Shown: one piece after another, positions 14,233-27,735 of the stretch | How positions within the stretch are numbered: the stretch's first letter is position 1 | How the letters are laid out: each line of letters opens with the position of its first letter | Assembly: GCF_009914755.1 (NCBI RefSeq) | Contig: NC_060947.1 | Source: the human T2T-CHM13v2.0 reference genome, Homo sapiens | Reading direction: 5' to 3' (one strand) | DNA: 64,000 nucleotides | The notes under the pieces: generated by a model | Databases searched by the model: none | The model's input: only the letters and a program-made list of their open reading frames with translations | What the model was told of the DNA's origin: nothing | Position numbers and translations under genes: made by a program

Positions 14233-15399
14233 AGTATAAATACTGGTTTAGGCAGTATTTCTTTTTATGATCTTTGATAATAAGTTCTCTGACCTTTATC
14301 TTCCATAAAAACAAGCAAATTGTGCTTATTACATTCTAGGGTCCCTTCTAGTTTTAAGGTGATATGAGTCAGGACTTGGACCAAGAATCTCTAATGGTAG
14401 TTTTATTATAATATCATTAGCAATAGAGTGAAAGTGTTTGTATCCACCACTACAGAGACATTCTACTTTTTGTCCTTCTTCAATAAAATAGAAAAAAAAT
14501 GTCACTTCCAGTATCTTTATTCTTATTTCTGAAAAGGGGACCAAATATTTTTGCCCCCGTTTTTATCCTGAGTATCACTTGCTTAGGCTTGTCACTGTTT
14601 TCATGCTGCAGACAGACAGTGAGTCTTCAAAGATATGCCCACTGGGAAAAAATGCACTCAAAACATGTTATTCATTTCCCCTTTATGTAACTCAGAAACA
14701 AGTAAATAGATTTAATTCTAACTTTCTATGAGATTTAGCCCCTGGGCCTAGACCAAGAGCTACTAAGTTCAGTCAAAAATAAAAATCTGTGGTGGAAGTG
14801 GCCAACATGGACAACTTGAAGCAGCTAGTGTGCGTGGCTCTCACAGAGAGGAATGAAAGGGGCAAGTAAATACAGCACATTCAACTGAAACATCCAGGTA
14901 CTTGCTCTGGGACTAATCAAGGAAACAACTCAACCCACAGAGAATGTTGAAAAGGAAGGCCGGATGATGCCCACCTGGGAGTGACAGGAAGCCAAGGGAA
15001 CCTCTCCCACCCAGGGAAGCAGTGAGTGAACGGGTAATCCCAGGAACTCATGCTTCCCCCACAGATCTTTGCAACTCTCAGGTCAGAAGAGCCCCTTGTG
15101 AACCCACTCCACCAGGAGCTTCAATCTGACACACAGAGATAGTGGAGTCTCGGCAGAGCAGCTGCTCAGGCACACTTGGAGACTTGGGAGTCTTAGATAC
15201 CCAGGCTTTCTGGCCTTCCAGGCAAAAGTAGTTACAACTCCAGCAAAGTGGGAAGTTAGACCCCGTATATACTCCTAGAAAAGGGGCTGAATCCAGGAGG
15301 TTGAGCAGTGACATTCCGCAGACCCGACTTTCATGGCACCTCACAGGATAAGACTCACTGACTTGGAACTCCAGCCAGCCACCAGTAGCAGAACTGCAC

Positions 15400-16150
15400 T
15401 TCCCTGAGATGGAGCTCCCAGGGGAGGGGCAGGAGGTTATTTTTGTGGTTTGGGCAACTTAGTCATTCCAGCCTTTAGGCTTTGGAGAGTCCAGACTGAC
15501 TGGGGGAGGAAGTGGTACCCCAGCACAGCACAGCACAGCTACTCTACAAAAACATGGCCAGATTGCTTTTATACACAGGTCCCTGATCTCATTCCTCCTC
15601 ACTGGGCAGGACCTCCCAACAGGGGCCTCCAGCCACCCCCACCAGTTTTCTCCAGTTGACAGAGATTTTAAACCTCCCTGGGACAAAACTCAAAGAGGGA
15701 GGGGTGGGCCACCACCTTTGCTGTTTGGGTGACTTAGCTATTTGAGCCTTCAGACGTTGGAGAGTCCAAGGTGATGAGGGGCTAAAGTGGACCCCCACCA
15801 CAGGATAGCTGCTCTATAAAACATGGTCAGGCTGCTTTTTAAAGCAGGTTCCCAATCCTGTTCCTCCTCACTGGGTGGGACCTCCCAACTAGGGTCTTCA
15901 ACCACCTCCTACAGATATCTTCAAACCAGCAACAGGTCCATACCTCCCTGGGACAGACCTCCCAGAGCGAGGAACAGGCTGCCATCTTTGCTGTTTTGTA
16001 GCCTTCACTGGTGACACCTTTGGGTACTAGAAAATTTGAGGCTACTAGGGACAGGAGCAGGCCCCCAGCATACTGTAGCAACCCTATGGAAAAGGGGCCA
16101 GACTGTTACGTGGGTGCACATTTTCATATCTCCTTACCAGGTAGGGCCTC
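15400..16150 (+). repeat. Three diverged ~270-bp tandem units in the old L1 5'UTR
   Basis: C(T/C)TCCCTG(A/G)GA unit starts near 15400, 15672 and 15942; first two share TTGGAGAGTCCA..AAAACATGG..TTCCTCCTCACTGGG..GGACCTCCCAAC. Confidence 0.75.
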
Positions 16151-16934
16151 CAGGCACCCCCCACCAGAGCTACTGAGCCAGTATCAACTCCCTGAACAGA
16201 GTCTCCAGGGACATCTGAAAGCCTCTCTGCCACTTCCTCTGCAGTGGAATTGCCCTTGCTAGCCTCGGACTAATGAAGGAGCAAAGAAACTAAGTGCCTT
16301 ATCCACACCTTCAACAAGCTTCAGTTGGCCCAAGGAGAGGAGGCCAGTCCATCTCCCATAGGTCCCACACACCACCCACTGCTCATCACAGACAGGGAAC
16401 ACCCTGGCTTGTGCCCACAGCACAGACACTCTGTCCTGGGCTGATTGCACTGAGTGATTGCTGACCTGCATCTCTCTTGGGTGGAGCCCCCAGGAGATAA
16501 GCAAAAGACCCTTGGCCATAGTCATCACTAAGTTCCCTTCCTCTGCTGCCTCCAAGTTGGGGAAGGAAAATAAACATGGAGATCACCCCAGAGCTGCAGT
16601 GGGCAGCCCAGGAGTACCAAGCTGAAATCTGCAGTCAGCATTCAATGGGGAGAGGAACCCACACTTTCAGAGCATAACTGTGAGGAAACATGGGGAGCCA
16701 CACACGAGTCTACCAACTGACAAATAAGCCTAAGTGTCACCTACTGGATCACACCCCAAAGATTCAACACCAAAAATACCTTGCTAAAATACCCCCACTC
16801 TGAAACCAGGGACAAGAAGTCAGCTTCAAATAAAGACCCTGCACAAAGCCTTGGTCTAGTGAAAACATCCAGACAAAAAGTCTATTGACTGTACTCAATC
16901 TACACTGCAGTTAAAGGAACATCCACACACAGAG

Positions 16935-17950
16935 ATGAGAAAGAACCAACACAACAATTCTGGTAACTCAAATGGCCAAAGTGTCACATGTCCTCCAAAT
17001 GACCAAAACAGACCTCCTACAAGACTTTTTAACCAGGCTGAGTTGACTAAAATGACAGAAATAAAATTCAGAGCATGGATAGGAATGAAGATCATTGAGA
17101 TTCAGGGGGATGGCAAATCCCAATCTAAGGAAACTAAGAATCACAATAAAGCAATACAGGAGCTGAAGGATGAAATAACTGTTGTAAAAAAGAACCTAAC
17201 GAGTCTGACAAAGCTGAATAACACAATACAAGAATTTCACAATGCAATCACAAGTATTAACAGCAGAATAAACCAAGCCAAGGAAATAATCTCAGAACTT
17301 GAAGACTGGTTCTCTGAAATATGACAGTCAGAAAAAAAATTGAGAAAAAGGAATAAAAAGGACTGAACAAAACCTCCAAAAGGTATGGGATTATGTAAAG
17401 AGGCCAAATCTACAAATCATTTGCATCCCTGAAAAGGACAGGGAGACAGCAAACAACTTGGAAAACATATTTCAGGATATCATCCATGAAAATTTTCCCA
17501 ACCTTGCTAGAGAGGCCAACAATCAAATTCAAGAAATACAGAGAACTTGTACAATATTCTACACAAGAAGATTATAACCAAAACACATAATCATCAGATT
17601 TTCCAAGTTTGAAATTAAAGAAAGAATGTTAAAAGCAGCTAGAAAGGGCAGGTGACCTACAAAGGGAATCCCATCAGGCTAACAGTGGGCCTCTCAGCTG
17701 AAACCCTACTAGTGAGAAGAGATTGGGGGCCTATATTCAACATTCTTAACGAAAAAATCTCCCACCAAGAGCTTTATATCCAGCCAAATTAAGCTTCCTA
17801 AACGAAGGAGAAATAAGATCCTTTCAGATAAGCAAATGTTGAGGGAATTTGTTATCACCAGAACTTCCTTACAGGAGATCTTGAAAGGAACACAAAATAT
17901 AGAAAGGAAAGATTGCTACCAGCTAATACAAAAACACTTAAACACACAGA
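16935..17950 (+). pseudogene. L1 ORF1p remnant of the old L1
   Basis: MRKNQHNNSGNS..coiled-coil heptads..SRINQAKEIISELED; disrupted after 17324. Confidence 0.85.
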
Positions 17951-18006
17951 TCACTGTCACTACAAAGCAACCAAACAAGCCAACGTGATAACCAGCTAAC
18001 AATATA

Positions 18007-21000
18007 ATGACAAGATCAAATCCATACATATCAATACTAACCTTGAATGTAAATGGGTTAAATGCCCCACTTAAAAGGCACAGAGTGGCAAGCTGGATAA
18101 AAAAGCAAGACCCAATGCTATGCTGTCTTCAAGAGATGCATCTCACACTTAATGACACACATAGGCTCAAAATAAAGGGGTGGAGGAAAATCTACCAAGC
18201 AAATGGAAAACAGAAAAAAGTAGGGGTTGCAATCCTAATTTTAGACAAAACAGACATCAAACCAAGGAGGATCAAAAAAGACAAAAAATGGCATTGCATA
18301 ATGGCAACGGGTTCAATTTAACAAGACCTGACTATCTTAAATATATATGCACTCAACACAGTAGCACCCAGATTCATAAAAGAAGTTCTTAAAGACCTGC
18401 AAAAGACATAGACTACCACACAATAATACTGGGAGACTTCAACACTCCACTGATAGTATTAGACAGATAATCCAAGCAGAAAATTAACAAAGACATTCAA
18501 GACCTGAACTCAGCATTGGAACAAATGGATCTGATAGACCTTTACAGAACTCTGCACCTAAAACAACAGAATATACATTCTTTCATAGCCATATGGCATA
18601 TACTCTAAAAGAGCCCATGTAATTGGACATTAAACAATTCTTAGCAAATGCAAAAGAACCAAAATTATACCAAACACACTCTCGGTCCACCGCACAATAA
18701 AAATAAAAGTCAAGACTAAAAAAATTGCTCAAAAACAGACAATTACGTGGAAATTAAACAGCATGCTCCTGAATGACTTTGGGGTAAATAATAAAATGAA
18801 GAAAGAAATCAAGAAGTTCTTTGAAACTAATGAGAACAAAGATACAACATACCAGAATCTCTGGGAAACAGCTAAGGCAGTGTTAGGAGGGAAATTCATA
18901 GCACTAAATGCCCAAATCAGAAAGTTAGAATAAGTCTCAAATTGACAACCTAAAATCACAACTGAAAGAATTAGAGAAGCAAAAACAATCCAACCCCAAA
19001 GCTAGCAGAACACAAGAAATAACCAAAATCAGAGTTCAATTGAAGAAAATCAAGACATGAAAAACCATTCAAAAGATCAACACATCCAGGAGGTAGTTTT
19101 TTGAAAACATGAATAAAATAGGCCACTAGCAGGACAAATAAAGAGTAGATACACATAAACACAATTAGAAATGACAAAGGCAGTGTTACCACCGATTCCA
19201 CAGAACTAAAAATAAACATTTGAAACTACTAAGTACACCTCTATGCACACAAACTACAAAACCTAGAAAAGATGGATAAATTCCTGGACACATACACCCT
19301 CCCAAGACTGAACCAGAAAGAAATTGATTCCCTAAACAGACCAATAACAGACTCTGAAATTGAATCAGTAATAAATAGCCTACCAACCAAAAAAAGCCCA
19401 AGATCTGATGGATTCACCACCGAATTCCACCAGTTGTACAAAGAAGAGCTGGTATTACTCCTACTGAAACTATTCCAAAAAATTAGGAGGAGGGACTCCT
19501 CCCAAACTCATTCTATGAGGCCAGCATTATCCTGATACCAAAACCTTCCAGAAATACATCAAAAAAAGAAAACTTAAATATCTCTGATGAACATCAATGA
19601 AAAAATCCTCGATAAAATACTTGCAAAGAGAATCCAGCGGCACATGGAAAAGCTAATCCACAACAATCAAGTAGGCTTCATCTCCAGGATGCAAGATTGG
19701 TTCAACATGCACAAAGCAATAAATGTGATTCATCACACAACCAGAACTAATGACAAAAACTACATGATTATTTCCATAGATACAGAAAAGGCTTTCAATA
19801 AAATTTAACACCCTTCATGTTAAAAACTCTTAATAAATTGGCTGGGCATGGTAGCTCACACCTGTGACCCTAGCAATTTGGGAGGTCAAGGTGGGCAGAT
19901 CACTTGAGCCCAGGAGTTTGAGACCAGCCACAGGCAACATGGGGAAACCCCACCTTTACAAAAAATATAAAAATGAGCTGGATGTGGGGTCATGTGCCTG
20001 TATTCTCAGCTGCTTGGAAGGCTAAAGCAGGACAATCACTTGAGCATGGGAACCAGAGGTTGCAGTGAGCCAATATTATGCCATTGCATTCCAGTCTGGC
20101 CAACAAGAGTGAAATCCTGTCTCAAAAAACAACAACAACAAAAAAGAAACTCTTAATAAATTAGGTATTGAAAGATCATACATCAAAATATTATGAGCCG
20201 TCTATGACCTACTCACAGTTATCATTATACTAAATGGGCAAAAGCTGGAAGCATTCACTTTGAAAACCGCCACAAGACAAGGATGCCCTCTCTCACAACT
20301 CCTATTTAATATATTATTGGAAGTCCTAGCCAGAGCACCTAGGCAGGAGAAAGAAATAAAGGAAGTCAAACTGTTCTGTTTGCAAATCAGGTCTGTTTGC
20401 AGACAACATGATTCTATATCTAGAAAACCCCAACATCTTGGCCCAAAGGCTCATTCAGCTGATAAACAACTTCAGCAAAGTTTCAGGATACAAAATCAAT
20501 GTACAAAAATCACTAGCACTCCTATAAACCAACAATAGTCAAGCTAAGAACCAAATCAGGAATCCAATCCCATTCACAATTGCCACAAAAAGTATAAAAT
20601 ACCTAGGAATATAGTTAACCAGGATGGTGAAAGATCTCTATAATGAGAATTATAAAACACTATTCAAAGAAATCAGAAAAACACAAGCAAATGGAAAAAA
20701 CGTTCCATGCTCATGGATAGGAAGAATCAATATTATTAAAATGGTCATACTGCCTAGAGCAATTTACATATTCGGTGCTATACCTATCCAACTACCAATG
20801 ACATTCTCCACAAAACTAGAAAAAGCTATTTTAAAACTTATATGGAACTAAAAAAAAAAAGAGCCCAAACAGCCAAGGCAATCCTAAGCAAAAAGAACAA
20901 ACCTGGAGGCATCATGTTACCTGACTTCAAACAATATTACAGGGCTACAGTAACCAAAAAAGCATGATACTGTACAAAAACAGACATATAGACCAATGAA

Positions 21001-21990
21001 ACAGAATAGAGAACCCAGAAATAAGGCCACACACCTACAACCATCTGATCTTCAACAAAGCTGACAATAACAAGTAATGGAGAGAAGACTCCCTATTCAA
21101 TAAATTGCGCGGAGTTAACTGGGTAGCAATATGCAGAAGACTGAAACTGGACCCCTTCCTTAAACCATATACAAAAATAAACTCAAGATGGATTAAACGC
21201 TTAAGTGTAAAACCCATAACTATAAAAACCCTGGAAAACAACCTAGGCAATACCATCCTGGACATAGGAACAGACAAAGATTTTATGAAAGACACCAAAA
21301 ACAATTGCAACAAAAGCAAAACTTGACAAATTGGATCTAATTAAACTAAAGAGTTTCTGCACAGAAAAAGAAACTCAACAGAGTAAACAGACAACCTACA
21401 GAATAGGATGAAATATTTGCACACTATGCATCTCACAAAGGCCTAACATCCAGCATTTATAAGGAACTTAAATTTACAAGAGAAAAACAAACAACCCAAT
21501 TAAAAAGTAGGCAAAGGACATGAACAAACACTTTTCAAAAGAAGACATACATGTAGCCAAAAAGCATGTGGAAAAAAGCTCAATATCACTGATCATTAGA
21601 GAAATGCAAATCAAAACCTCAAAGAGATATCATCTCACACCAGTCAGAATGGCTTTTATTAAAAAGTCAAAAAATAACAGATGCTGCTGAGGTTGTAGAG
21701 AAAAGGGAACACTTATACGACATTGGTAGGAGTGTTCAACTGTTGCAGAAAGCAATTTTGGAGATTCCTCAAAGAGCTAAAAGCAGAACTACCATTCGAC
21801 CCAGCAATCCCATTACTGGGTATATACCCAGAGGAATATAAATTGTTCTGCAATAAAGATACAAAAATGCTGACGTTCATTGCAGCACTATTCACAAGAT
21901 CAAAGACATGGAATCAACCTAAATGCCCATCAATGACAGATTAGATAAAGACAATGTGGTACATATACTCCATGGAATGCTATGCGCCAT
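18007..21990 (+). pseudogene. L1 ORF2p (endonuclease/RT) remnant of the old L1
   Basis: [54 protein letters not shown] fragments in shifting frames; FADD reads FADN. Confidence 0.9.
19840..20146 (+). mobile_element. Alu (AluJ-like) inserted in the old L1 ORF2
   Basis: Diverged dimer; perfect 16-bp TSD AAACTCTTAATAAATT at 19824-19839 and 20147-20162. Confidence 0.95.
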
Positions 21991-22337
21991 AAAAAAGAAC
22001 AAGATCATGTCTTTGGTGAGAACATGGATGGAGCTGGAGGCTATTATCCTGAGCAAACTAACACAGGAACAGAAAAACAAATGCTGTATATTCTCACTTA
22101 TAAGTGGGAGCTAAATGATGAGAACTTATGTAGAGAAAGAAGGAAAACACATCCACTGGGGTCTACTTGGGGGTGGAAGGTGGGAGGAGGGAGAGGATCA
22201 GAAAAGACAACTATTAGGTACTGGGATTAATACCTGGGTGATGAAATAATCTGTACAACAAACTCCAATGACTTGTGTTTACCTATGTAACAAACCTTCA
22301 CATGAACCCCCGAACCTAAAATAAAAGTTTAAAAAAA

Positions 22338-22710
22338 GGGAAGGAAACTCTGACACATGCTACAACATGGATGAGCCTTGATGACATTATGCTGAGTGAC
22401 ATAAGCCAATCACAAAAAGACAAGTATTGTATGATTCCATTTTTATGGGGGACCTAGAGTAGTCAAATTCATAAAGACAAAAAGTAAAATGGTAGTTGCC
22501 AGGGGCTGGGGGGATGAGTCAACAGTGGAGTTGTTGTTTAATGGGTAGAGGGTTTCAGTCTTGCAAGATAAAAAAGCTCTGGATATGGGTGGTTGTGATG
22601 GTTGCACAATAATGTGAATGTACTTAATGCCACTTAAATATACAATTAAAAATGGTTAAGACAGTATGTTAAGCATATTTTACCACCATTAAAAATTTTT
22701 TAAATTAAAA
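22338..22710 (+). mobile_element. L1MB-type 3' end
   Basis: CTGACACATGCTACAACATGGATG, GTAGTCAAATTCATA, GGTTGCACAATAATGTGAATGTACTTAATGCCACT. Confidence 0.85.
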
Positions 22711-23399
22711 ATTACCCAAAAAGGTTACTTGGCTGAGAATAGAAAGAGGTGAGAAAATTGAAATTGCCTTTATAAATGAGAGCTCTAGCATTTTTGCCTG
22801 CGATCTCTCTATCTTATGATATGCATCTACAGCCAGATCAATGACAACAACATGTTTATTTGTTTTTTTTTTACATTCAAAATAATGGTACAATTAAAGA
22901 GAAGACTTCTACAGGTCTGTGGTGCCAGACCTACACATAGGGAAAATAGTTGACTGCTTACATACACGATTGGAAGTACTCTAAAAACCTTTACCTCAAC
23001 CCCAAAATATAACCGTTTGAAAAGGAACTCATTAACCAACGTAGAGAAGAAATCTGAGCTCAAATTCAAGACACTGGTTCATACTGGAAAAAGCAGGCCA
23101 ATTGCGAAAGCCAAGTAAGGAAGCCAGGGTATGAGTCCATGGTACTAGACTGGGCAAGAGCATCTAGGCAGAAACTCAGTCTCAGAATACAGGTAAGATT
23201 TACATTAATACCAAGAACACAGGCATTCCTGTTCTGGAATACATTCCAGGGTGAGAGATCAGACTATCATCTTAAAAATCTGAGTAAGGTCTTAACAGCA
23301 CAAGCAGGCCTAAATGGCGAATCAGAGGCAAAGATATTCAATCAGGAAATGCCTGCCTTTTGGAATTTTTCCCCTCTTTCATCACTCTTGGTAGGGCAG

Positions 23400-23872
23400 A
23401 TAACATTGTGTAGCTGTGTACTACTTCCTGTTGTGACACAATTCTCCATAGGTATCTGGTGTTTCTGCACATCTAGTGAGCAGAGGTACTGAATGGCTTT
23501 GTTCCAGACTAGCGTTCCAAGGATGTTTGCATAGTTAACAGCCTTAAAAGACTGAGACAGTGGCTCCCTCTGGAACAAAGAGAAGATATTACTGCTGATT
23601 ATAAATTATTTGGGTTCCCTAAGCTCAAGATTCATCTCCTGTAACTGACCCACTGCGTGTGCAAATATCACTTGGCCCTCTTTATATTGCCCTGTGGGAA
23701 TTGGGGCTGAGGAAACTGGTGCAAGGAAATGCTGTACTGTGACTACTGCTATTTGATGTGACTAATAAAATCCTTTGCCTCTTATTCAGAAATCTGTGTT
23801 TTTTTAACAGCATTTATGAAATTGTAACAGCTTGCAAGTAGGGCGAGATCTCAAACATATCAGTTCCTGACA
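23400..23872 (+). mobile_element. ERV1-class LTR (family uncertain)
   Basis: CCCTGTGGGAATTGGGGCT, AATAAA poly(A) signal, GCTTGCAAGTAGGG..TCCTGACA 3' terminus; 5' boundary approximate. Confidence 0.65.
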
Positions 23873-24554
23873 ACTCCTGAGGGAAGGCTCTACAGGTGCC
23901 TATAGTAAGGACCCATTTCATCTTTCGAGGCAATAATAATAAGATTAACAACAATATTAATAATAAAATATACTACTTGCACACGAACTTAAAAGTTTAA
24001 AGAAAAGAAAAAAGATTTTTAAAAGATACTACCATATTTTACCATTTATTATATCACTGATTGGTGGTTGTGTTTTTGGCAGTGGTATTTGGATTTTCTT
24101 AGTTGGTAAGGTAATTTTTTTGACTGATTCCACAAGTGATTACACAAGTGAAAAAACATTTAATAAAAATTTGTTTACTGAATAGACAAATGTATAAACA
24201 GCCTTGACACATTTGTTGTATTGGTCAACTCAATTAATTGCTGCCAGATGAATGAATGAATGAACATTTGCTGAGTGTCTAGCATTCATGTAGGTACTCT
24301 TCTACTTTGTCCTATCAAGTTCTCCACTTACCCAAGCAACCCACTTTACAGGTAGATTATTTAAAATAAGGGGACCCAGGTCATTGCAAAGAGGGCTTGT
24401 GGGGCTGTGAAACCGGGGGCTTTTAACGTACTGACCAAAGACGGATGTTCTCCATGAGAAGCTATAGTCACAATCATGACACAATTGATGACTGGTGATG
24501 TGGGAAGGTAAATAAGTGTTTCGAAATTTAAAAAAAAAAAAAAAAAGGAGACCT

Positions 24555-25092
24555 GATCCAAACTAACATCATGAATGATAACTCAAGTGTTTATCATTTA
24601 TATCTTGGTATGATGTGAATAAGAAAGGGCATATTACTTCTGTGGCATTCTTCCCAAACATCCGTAACTCCAGTCTGATCATGAGAAATCATCAGCCAAA
24701 CCCAGATTGACTGAAATTTTCCAAAATATTGTGTTCAGTGTTCTTCAAAGTGTCAAAGTCATGAAAAACAAGGAAAGACTGGTAAAAAAAAAAAAAAAAA
24801 TGCCACAGGTTGGAGGAAACTAAGCAGACATGATGACAAAATAAAACATGAAATCCTGAATCGTATCCTGAACAGAAAAAGGACATTTGTGGGGAGACTG
24901 GTGAAATCTGAACACAGTCTGCAGTTTGGTTAATAATAATGTATCAATGTTAATTTCTTAGTTTTGATAAATCTGCCATGGTTATGTAAGATGTCAATGA
25001 GAGGAGAAGCTGGGTGAAGGTTACACAAGAACTTTCTCTATTTTTCCCACTCTTCTGTAAGCTTAAAAGTATTTCAAAATATAAAGTTAAAA
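24555..25092 (+). mobile_element. L1MC4-like 3' end
   Basis: CTTCAAAGTGTCAAAGTCATGAAAAACAAGGAAAGACTG and GTATCAATGTTAATTTCTTAGTTTTGATAA motifs. Confidence 0.85.
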
Positions 25093-26779
25093 TATGGAAG
25101 GAAAAAGGTTAAAAGGGAAGAGAGAACAGCAGTTAGCAGGGCTATCATGTTTCTAGTTGACAAAGTTCTTCCAAAACAACCTTATATCGGCTGCTAGGCC
25201 TGCTAAACTTTCTTTTCCCAGCTCTGTAACTGTCTTCATCATGCTTCCTTCTGCAGTTTTAGTCAGAAACAAAATCAATTGAAAAGCAGACAACAAAGTG
25301 CAATCCCAACAACCTCTCATCCCCTGAACCCACTCCTGATGATTATCAAGTTGCTCCACATTCTCCAGCCTTTGAGTACATACTGGCTTTCTGAGTTCTG
25401 AGAAGCATTAGATCTTCCTAAGAATTCTAATGGCAGTTAAAAAAAAAAAAAAAGGCATATCATAGACTCTCCCCCAGTGAAGTGTATTTTGCTGTATTTA
25501 AGACACTTTGGAAAGTAAGGTTGTTGTAAGAGGTAATGTTCTAAAGAAAAATAAAAGATTGGCCTGTAGCTGATATTTCATAGTAGCTGCATGGCCATCT
25601 GGTTTGGTTTTGAATCATCCGAACTGATTTGCAGGAAAATGAAATACTAAAATCACCATGTAGTTTTAAATTCCAAATCCATCTCAGCTTTACCAAGTGG
25701 TTCCCCATCTGCAGAAGGGAACAGCATGCAGGCAGCCTGGCTCCAGCCTGACTCAAGCTATAACATATTTGCTTGTACCTGTTACTGACAGGTCCCTTAC
25801 CAAACTTGTTTTGTAATGTCGGCTTGCAACCTTTAATGTTGTCACCTATGTCTTTCATGGCGCAAGTCTTTTGAACAAGAAATTCTTACACAAGTAACAC
25901 CAAGACAGCACCAATTATTCTCATCTTGGGAACTGATTAACTCGTGACCAAAACTTCTAAAAAGCATTCCCAAAACCTCAGCTTGCATGTGGCTTTATGG
26001 ATGAGTGGGATGCTTTCACACTGGCTTCCTTTGTACCTCAGATCTTCTTAGCATGAATTCCAAGTATCAGTTTTTACTTTCCAAAGTGGTGAGATTTCAG
26101 CATCCTCCATTTTTAAAAACTGGAGAGAGCAATCTAACTTTTAGGGGCTTTATGTTTTGCAATGAGAGGCACTGCTGTGCCTTCTTGATGAAAAGCACTT
26201 TGAATTGCCACATGAAATAGAAACCTTTAAGCTTTATTTATGCAAGACAGCAAGAAGCTTTGTGGCTTTTCATGAGGGCCTTTTCTCTGTGCCAGTAATT
26301 TTAATAAACTTGTGACAAATTCCTCTTGCTGCTCTGTCCACTTTAGACCCCCTTATTAATTTTTTCCACTTTTCACACCAAAATTTATTGAAAGAAAATC
26401 ACCGTGACCCCACCTTCCCATCTCAATTCTACTCCCAGAAGTGACATTCTAGAGTGCAACCAGAAAACAGACCTGAAATGACCCAGATGTGTAAGCATTG
26501 AACTTAACACTGAGGATACTACTTTTAAGTAAGAGTGAAGCATACTTAAGGGTTAACAAAGAAAAGGGACTACACACTAGACTCATAGTGATTCTTTTTG
26601 GATTCCAACACAGGACCACTTTATAGGCTGAGGTGTCATTTCTCATTCCAGCAGTGCACAGGTTAAAGGCCATCACAGAAGACGATGCTGCATAAAGATA
26701 CTTAAAGCCCAGATTTTTACCTATGATGAATGTAACTCAAAAATATTTCAGAAGAACATGAAGAGGTAACAGCAAAGAA

Positions 26780-27320
<541 letters not shown>

Positions 27321-27509
27321 AACATTATTATTATTATTATTATTGTTAGAATCATCATTATAATTATTTTACTAGCCTCAAAAATCGACTGTAGCAACTG
27401 TGGCATAAAATGGATAAAATAAGTGACTTTCAAATGAGCTGTACTTTTAAGTTGACACTAGACCAATAGAGAAGAAGAACAAACAATGAAAAAAATATGA
27501 AGGACCATT

Positions 27510-27735
27510 GTAGCATTATACTTCACAATCAACAGATCTGAATTCACAACTTGACTTGATCACTTACCAGCAGTGTGACCTTGAACAAATTTTTTAACCT
27601 CCCTGAGCCTCAGTTTTCTCACCTGTAAAATGAAGACAATACTATTCCTTCACAGTTATTTTAAGACCATATTGTATGTGTAACTCATTTGTCATAGGTC
27701 CATTATAGAGTAGGCATACAATACATGTTAGTTCC
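27510..27735 (+). mobile_element. MIR SINE
   Basis: GTGTGACCTTGAACAAATT..CCTCCCTGAGCCTCAGTTTTCTCACCTGTAAAATG core. Confidence 0.88.

Larger units (their letters stand above)
14791..22337 (+). mobile_element. Full-length old primate L1 (L1PA13-16 type), inactive
   Basis: ~2.1-kb 5'UTR, ORF1 from 16935, ORF2 from 18007, 3'UTR GAGAGGATCAGAAAAG..CTGGGTGATGAAATAATCTGTACAAC, A-tail; many stops and frameshifts. Confidence 0.93.

Noticed and set aside
13880-14314. 144-aa ORF and similar ORFs at 35378, 39443, 42925 and 45824
   Set aside because: Typical antisense-Alu translations ([13 protein letters not shown]), not genes
15400-16150. Regularly spaced repeats as a CRISPR-like array
   Set aside because: Long diverged tandem units in an L1 5'UTR; no constant repeat with unique spacers, no cas genes, mammalian DNA
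22158-22197. G-rich potential G-quadruplex (also 39160-39191)
   Set aside because: Standard polypurine tract of L1 3'UTRs
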